This document shows positions 55,980 to 60,811 of a stretch of DNA of 60,811 nucleotides, piece by piece. The DNA is from an uncultured Syntrophus sp. GTDB taxonomy: Bacteria; Desulfobacterota; Syntrophia; Syntrophales; UBA5619. The notes beneath the pieces were generated by a model. That model saw only the letters and a list, made by a program, of their open reading frames with translations, had not been told where the DNA came from and ran no database searches. The translations under genes were made by a program, and so were the position numbers. How positions within the stretch are numbered: position 1 is the stretch's first letter; every line of letters starts with the position of its first letter. Where the stretch lies: positions 1-60,811 of the forward strand of contig CAZINF010000002.1 in NCBI GenBank assembly GCA_964540555.1, read 5' to 3'.

Positions 55980-58367
55980 ATGTTGTCGCCTACGACTGAA
56001 ATCACACGCTGTTCGAGACGGATAGACGCATTGAAGGAAGCCGTTCAGGGTGCGAAACCCGGGGTTTGCACCGAGCGGGCCATGATCTGGACGCGGTACT
56101 TCAAAGACAAAGAGAATCGGAAGAAGTCGCCCACTATTCAGATCGCGGAGGCCTTGACGGAGGTCCTGAAAAACAAATCGATCCGGATCTATCCCGACGA
56201 AGCGATCGTGGGCAATTATTCGTCCAAGCGGGTTGGAGGCGCCATCTACCCGGAGCTCCACGGCATCCCTGTCATTGCCGAGGCGCACACGTTCGCCAAG
56301 AGAAAGACCAACCCGCTGGAGATGTCGAATAACGAGCTCAGGCAATTGCTCTCCATCGTCCCCTTCTGGCTGCCGCGATTCCTCGCGATGAAACTGGAGA
56401 TGGGATTTGTAAAGAAGCTGGCCTTCATCGCCGATCAATTGACGGCAAAATTCTATCTCATCAACGAACTGGGCGGGGTGGCCCACATAGCCCCGGATTA
56501 TGGGAAACTCATCGCCGTCGGAATGGAGGGGATCGCGGCCGAGGCCGAGGGATACCAGAAGGACGCTCCGCGGGGGTCGGAATCGTGGTGTTTCTATGAA
56601 GGGGTGAAGATCATCGCCGAGGGCCTCGCCCGCTTCGGCCAGCGGTATGCCGGCCTGGCCCGGGAAATGGCCTCGGAAGAAAAAGAGCCCATGCGAAAAG
56701 CGGAATTGGAAACCATCGCTGAGGTGTGTCAGAGGGTGCCCCGCCTGGGCGCCAGGACATTTCACGAGGCCCTCCAGTCCCTCTTCTTCGCCCAGATCGC
56801 CATCAACCTGGAAAGCCTGGACAACGGCATCTGTCCGGGCCGGATCGACCAGTACCTCTATCCCTACTACCGGACCAGTCTGAAGGAGGATCCCTCCTTC
56901 TCTTCACAGCGGGCAAAGGAACTTCTCGCCGCCTTTTCGATCAAGATGGCGGAGATCATCCCCGTCTTCTCGAAACCGATGATGCGGTTCCACGGGGGCA
57001 TGTTCAACGGGCAGGTGGTCACCGTGGGAGGGGTGGACGAAAACGGCAACGACGCCTCCAATGAGCTCAGCGACCTTCTCCTCGACATCATGGATGAGCT
57101 CCGGATGCGCCAGCCGAATTTTCACGCCCGGGTGCACCGATCCTCCCCCGAGGCGTACAGGCATAAAATCAACCTGACATTGGCCTCCGGCAGCGGTTCG
57201 CCCGCGCTCTACAACGACGAGGTGATTATCGAGGCCCTCTGCAGGCACGGCTATCAAACGGCCGATGCGCGAAACTACACCGCCGTCGGATGCGTGGAAC
57301 CCGTTTGCCAGGGGAAGAGCTTCTCCTCCACCGATGCGGCCCTCTTCAACGTCCCCATCATGCTGGAGCTGGCCCTCAATGAGGGACGGCGCTTCGGTTC
57401 CTTTTTCCGGAGCGGCCCGAAGACCAAACCGGCAAGCCGGATGACATCCATGGAGGATGTCCGGGAGGCATTCGAAGAGCAGCTGAATTTCTTTGTCAGG
57501 CGATTGATCGGCGATCTGCACCTGGTGGAGAAGGCCAACCACAAAGAGCATCCCACGCCGTTGAGCAGCGCGCTGCTCGAGGGTTGCCTGAAGTCTGGCA
57601 GATGTTCCACCGGCGGCGGCGCCGTCTACAATTTCTCCGGCGTTCAGTGCGTGGGGCCTGCCGACACGGGCGACGCCCTTTACGCCATCGACCGGGCGGT
57701 TTTTCGGGAGCGGAGAATGACCCTGCCGGGGCTCGTGGAACTCATGGGGAAGGACATCCCTGATCAGAAATGGCTGTTGTACTTCAAAGGCCTGGAGAAA
57801 TTCGGCAATGACGAGCCGGAGGCGGACGGATGGACCCGATACGTCATCGCCGCCTTCGAGAGCGCGCTTAGCGGACATACGAGCGCCAGGGGTGGCCGGT
57901 ATGTGACCGGCCTCTACTCGGTCACGGCCCATCAGTATTTTGGGAAAATCACCGGCGCTCTGCCCCACGGACGCCGGCGGGGCGAGGCCTTCGCCTCCGG
58001 GATCGCCCCGGTGAACGGCATGGATCGAAAAGGCCCGACGGCCCTCTTAAACTCGGTCAACAGCATCGATTTTACCCGGATCGCCAATGGGGCCAACCTC
58101 AATCTCCAGTTTGACCGGGCCCTCCTGAAGGGTGAAAAGGGGGCCTTTCTCCTTGACGCTTTATTGAAGACCTACTTCGAACGGGGAGGAATGCAGGTCC
58201 AGGTGAATGCCTTCGATCCCCAGGTCCTGGTGGAAGCAAGGAATGACCCGCGCAAATATCCCCATCTCCTGGTCCGCGTTTCCGGATATTCCGCCTATTT
58301 CAACGACCTGGCGCCGGCCATGAAGGAGGAGATCATCAGCCGAACCGTGATCGCCTCCATCCATTGA
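55980..58367 (+). CDS. glycyl-radical enzyme of the PFL2/glycerol-dehydratase-like clade
   Basis: C-terminal glycyl-radical motif LLVRVSGYSAYFNDL and thiyl loop AVGCVEP. About 795 aa. Start taken at ATG 55980. Confidence 0.9.
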   Translation: MLSPTTEITRCSRRIDALKEAVQGAKPGVCTERAMIWTRYFKDKENRKKSPTIQIAEALTEVLKNKSIRIYPDEAIVGNYSSKRVGGAIYPELHGIPVIAEAHTFAKRKTNPLEMSNNELRQLLSIVPFWLPRFLAMKLEMGFVKKLAFIADQLTAKFYLINELGGVAHIAPDYGKLIAVGMEGIAAEAEGYQKDAPRGSESWCFYEGVKIIAEGLARFGQRYAGLAREMASEEKEPMRKAELETIAEVCQRVPRLGARTFHEALQSLFFAQIAINLESLDNGICPGRIDQYLYPYYRTSLKEDPSFSSQRAKELLAAFSIKMAEIIPVFSKPMMRFHGGMFNGQVVTVGGVDENGNDASNELSDLLLDIMDELRMRQPNFHARVHRSSPEAYRHKINLTLASGSGSPALYNDEVIIEALCRHGYQTADARNYTAVGCVEPVCQGKSFSSTDAALFNVPIMLELALNEGRRFGSFFRSGPKTKPASRMTSMEDVREAFEEQLNFFVRRLIGDLHLVEKANHKEHPTPLSSALLEGCLKSGRCSTGGGAVYNFSGVQCVGPADTGDALYAIDRAVFRERRMTLPGLVELMGKDIPDQKWLLYFKGLEKFGNDEPEADGWTRYVIAAFESALSGHTSARGGRYVTGLYSVTAHQYFGKITGALPHGRRRGEAFASGIAPVNGMDRKGPTALLNSVNSIDFTRIANGANLNLQFDRALLKGEKGAFLLDALLKTYFERGGMQVQVNAFDPQVLVEARNDPRKYPHLLVRVSGYSAYFNDLAPAMKEEIISRTVIASIH

Positions 58368-58440
58368 CATTAAATCCGACTGACCCCCAAATACGGAATG
58401 GGGATAAATAAACATCCAGATAAATGATAAAGGAGGAGTC

Positions 58441-58803
58441 ATGAAGGTAATCAAGGTTGACCAGATAAAAAAGGAGCTACAAGTAAAGCCGCTTTTTACG
58501 GGCTCCGTTACACAGCAGACCATTATCGATGCGAACCTCAGCAACCGATTTGCGATCAGGCAAGTAAATTTTGACAAAGGCGTCAGAAACAAGTTTCACA
58601 CCCATAGTATTGAACAGATTCTGATTATCACCGAAGGTAAAGGTATAGTTGCCACCGACAAAGAAGAGATTATCGTTGTACCGGGCGATATCGTTTTCAT
58701 TCCGGCAAACGAAAAACACTGGCATGGCGCTACCAGAGACAGTACCTTCTCCCATCTCTATGTGATGGCGCCGGAACAGAAGACCACCCAGTTCGAAGAC
58801 TAA
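58441..58803 (+). CDS. cupin-domain protein
   Basis: G(x)5HxH-like FHTHSIEQ and PGDIVFIPANEKHWHG cupin motifs. AAGGAGGAG RBS. Confidence 0.8.
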   Translation: MKVIKVDQIKKELQVKPLFTGSVTQQTIIDANLSNRFAIRQVNFDKGVRNKFHTHSIEQILIITEGKGIVATDKEEIIVVPGDIVFIPANEKHWHGATRDSTFSHLYVMAPEQKTTQFED

Positions 58804-59056
58804 CTCTTCAGACCTTGTGTTCGGCTGTCTTGGTGACGAAGAAACCAAAAGTCTATGATGAAACTATTTTTTTCAAAGAGATTAATCCTTGCGGGTTTTT
58901 CTGTACAGGCCATCATCCCTTTTCTACGGTCGAGCGCTTTGGACACTGGTATTATTGCAGAGGTCGTGACAAGGAGGCCGGTATTCACTCGTCAGGAATG
59001 GAGGTTTTTTACACGAGATAGAGATCTCGCTATAAAAACAGCTAAATCACACATAG

Positions 59057-59108
59057 AACAAATAAGGATTGAGACGACCCCGGAGGGTCGTCTCAATCCT
59101 TATTTGTT
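59057..59108. other. perfect 24-bp stem / 4-nt loop hairpin
   Basis: aacaaataaggattgagacgaccc-cgga-gggtcgtctcaatccttatttgtt, followed directly by GTTAGAT. Confidence 0.8.
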
Positions 59109-59384
59109 AGATCAACTGGCAAAAGACATAAGTATGGACCCCTTCGACCTCCTTTTCCCGCATCCTCCTTGAGAATGTTCCCGCCGTGCGCAATGTGATA
59201 TAAAAAAAAGGTAACCCTGCATCGAAAAGATATGCAGAAATCGATCCCCCTACTATGCATAACTCTGCCGTGCGGTTAATAACCTCCCCACTCGAAACTG
59301 AATCGTTACTTCCCCCCCCCCCTAATTTTCTATTGACAATAAAATATGGCAAGCTATAGTCTCGTATCGACTTTTTATGGTTAA

Positions 59385-60047
59385 CTAAAGATCTGCCGGA
59401 CTTTTGACCGAAAGGCCCGGCCTGTTTAATACGTGGGTGTAGATCATGGTGGTAGAGACATCCGCATGTCCCAGCAGTTCCTGCACCGTGCGGATATCAT
59501 AACGCGCCTCAAGCAGATGCGTGGCAAAGGAGTGGCGTAAGGTATGACAACCGACCCTCTTATTTATGCCCGCCCGCAATGTCGCCTCTTTCACGGCTTT
59601 CTGGATCAGACTCTCATTGATATGGTGCCGCCGCACCTTGCCGCTTCGCGGGTCCACCGAAAGACTCCCCCTTTCCACCTCGCCGGGAAGCACGCTGTCA
59701 CGAAATTCGCCTCTTTTAGCAATTGTCTCTCGACCATTTGGCGAGGGATGCGGTGTCTTCTCAAAGGCGTAGTGGGGCAAGAACATCTCGTAGAGAATCT
59801 TCAGGGCATGGTTGGCCTGTCTGACCTGCCAGTCAGCAACGCCTTGACGTTGCGCCAAGTCTGCCAGAAAGGCATGAATATCTTTTCCCGACCGGTCCTG
59901 CAAACGCTTTTCCGGCAAAAAACGGGCAAAGGCCTGTGCCCATCGCACATAAAAGGACGAACGGTCAGGGCTTACCCTGTTCTCCTCCGCGCAGGCCCGG
60001 AAAGCTTCCCAGAATTTCTGCTGCTCTTCGTTTGGGGGGAATTTCAT
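59385..60047 (-). pseudogene. intI: integron integrase with in-frame internal deletion
   Basis: The C-terminus ([11 protein letters not shown]...[53 protein letters not shown]) matches IntI. The N-terminal SAM-like segment is present. Length is only 220 aa versus about 320-340, so the centre with the first catalytic Arg and the Lys is missing. Confidence 0.75.
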
Positions 60048-60154
60048 GGCTATGTTCCCTAAAGTGCCATTGTTTCATGATGTTAAGTAGAGAACGGCAC
60101 GATTGTACTATACGGAATTATCTTATCGCAATATAATTTTTCTGTCTACTATAT

Positions 60155-60161
60155 GTTAGCT
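60155..60161 (+). other. attI-side recombination core GTTAGCT
   Basis: The same heptamer forms the right end of the attC-like site at 60564-60570. It lies 5 nt before the first cassette ORF. Confidence 0.5.
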
Positions 60162-60165
60162 GAAA

Positions 60166-60501
60166 GTGGAACAAATGGACCAAGACATGACCAAGACAGT
60201 GATAGGATTTGCGATGGCTCTGGTAGAAAGGCAACATCGGTTTTTCTTGGACGAGTCAATCGACAACTCGGAACATGTACCAGCCATCAGACGAATTGCC
60301 GACACAGCCCATGCATACCTGAAAAGTTTGGGCATCCCCTCAGAGACGTGTAACAAAGTCAAAAAAGAATTGATCGCACGGGCCAGAGATCTCTTTATTG
60401 CGGAGTGGATGAGAACGCTCGATGAAGACGACGGGCCACCAGACGAGGAAGGCCGCAGGGAAGCCATGAGGACTTTCGACCAATTGCTGAAAGGCGAATA
60501 G
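60166..60501 (+). CDS. integron cassette ORF 1, hypothetical acidic protein
   Basis: 111-aa ORF bounded by GTTAGCT (60155) and the attC-like site beginning 6 nt after its stop. Confidence 0.55.
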   Translation: MEQMDQDMTKTVIGFAMALVERQHRFFLDESIDNSEHVPAIRRIADTAHAYLKSLGIPSETCNKVKKELIARARDLFIAEWMRTLDEDDGPPDEEGRREAMRTFDQLLKGE

Positions 60502-60506
60502 AGAAG

Positions 60507-60570
60507 AGCTAACAAGCGGCTCCACCGGATCGCCGGGAAACCCGGCTCCCGTTGAGCCTTGACGTTAGCT
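60507..60570 (+). repeat. attC-like recombination site
   Basis: AGCTAAC (R'') ... GTTAGCT (R'), with inner pairs ggctc/gagcc and gccggg-aaa-cccggc and unpaired bases between stems. 64 bp. Confidence 0.6.
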
Positions 60571-60591
60571 TTTAAAATAAGGAGGCTTTAA

Positions 60592-60811
60592 TTGGCAGAT
60601 TTTATATTGACTATTATTACATCTGCGTCGGTAAGTGCTTTGCTCACCGGACTTCTGTTATGGCTGGCCAAATCATGGATTAGCGAAAGACTAAAGAACG
60701 CAATTAAGTCAGAATATGATCAGAAACTGGAAACTCATAAGGCAGAACTTAAAGCTGAGTCTGACGTAGCAACTGAAAACTTGAAGTCAAGATTGAGCAT
60801 TACAGCAATTG
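60592..60811 (+). CDS. integron cassette ORF 2 (partial), N-terminal TM plus coiled-coil-like protein
   Basis: An AAGGAGG RBS 7 nt before TTG 60592, then LADFILTIITSASVSALLTGLLLWLAKSW followed by a charged helical region. Runs off the window. Confidence 0.5.
   Translation, partial: MADFILTIITSASVSALLTGLLLWLAKSWISERLKNAIKSEYDQKLETHKAELKAESDVATENLKSRLSITAI

Larger units (their letters stand above)
59385..60811. mobile_element. integron platform: degenerate intI, attI-like core, at least two cassettes (array continues off the window)
   Basis: Divergent intI, GTTAGCT at 60155, cassette ORF, a 64-bp attC-like imperfect palindrome, then a second ORF. Confidence 0.65.

Noticed and set aside
2341-57968. 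Many long ORFs antisense to or overlapping the called genes (e.g. 2341-3165 -, 20686-21714 -, 25879-27063 -, 34561-35712 +, 39757-40923 +, 53074-54036 -, 55854-56765 -, 56904-57968 -).
   Set aside because: Their products are Arg/Gly/Pro/His-rich low-complexity sequences without motifs, and each lies opposite a gene with clear family signatures. These are the typical shadow ORFs of GC-rich DNA.
58855-59172. 105-aa ORF downstream of the cupin gene.
   Set aside because: It has no RBS and a weak composition, and the perfect 24-bp hairpin lies inside it. It is more likely non-coding spacer.
1-60811. CRISPR arrays, tRNA, rRNA or tmRNA genes.
   Set aside because: I found no regularly spaced direct repeats, no T-loop GGTTCGA/AATCC contexts with an acceptor stem, and no rRNA-like conserved stretches. 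This is by-eye reading only.

Overview
This 60.8-kb window is moderately GC-rich. Its gene content suggests an anaerobic Desulfobacterota/Syntrophia-like bacterium: multihaem c-type cytochromes, a glycyl-radical enzyme, 2-hydroxyacyl-CoA-dehydratase-like genes, and TctBAC and TRAP transporters. That lineage call is inference only. Housekeeping blocks are proC-yggT-murJ, znuACB, cbiB-cobO-cbiC-cbiE, acuI and dmpA. They alternate with accessory material. The accessory material includes (1) a minus-strand run at 7.9-13.5 kb joining a retropepsin / 7TM-inactive-transglutaminase / RimK-like ATP-grasp triad to a trihaem cytochrome, a polytopic histidine kinase and a REC-ArsR regulator. It also includes (2) an MNT-HepT toxin-antitoxin pair with an in-frame TGA in the toxin, and (3) two adjacent type II restriction-modification systems, the Eco29kI-like nuclease carrying a TAG where Trp is expected. 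Further items are (4) an AT-rich islet with a zinc-ribbon membrane protein and a HEPN-like (RNRIAH) protein, (5) an integron at the 3' edge with an internally deleted intI, and (6) three zones of gene fragments. A GC-rich palindromic REP-like element recurs six times in intergenic DNA. I found no rRNA, tRNA or CRISPR array. Family assignments rest on motifs read by eye and recalled family signatures; no database search was run.
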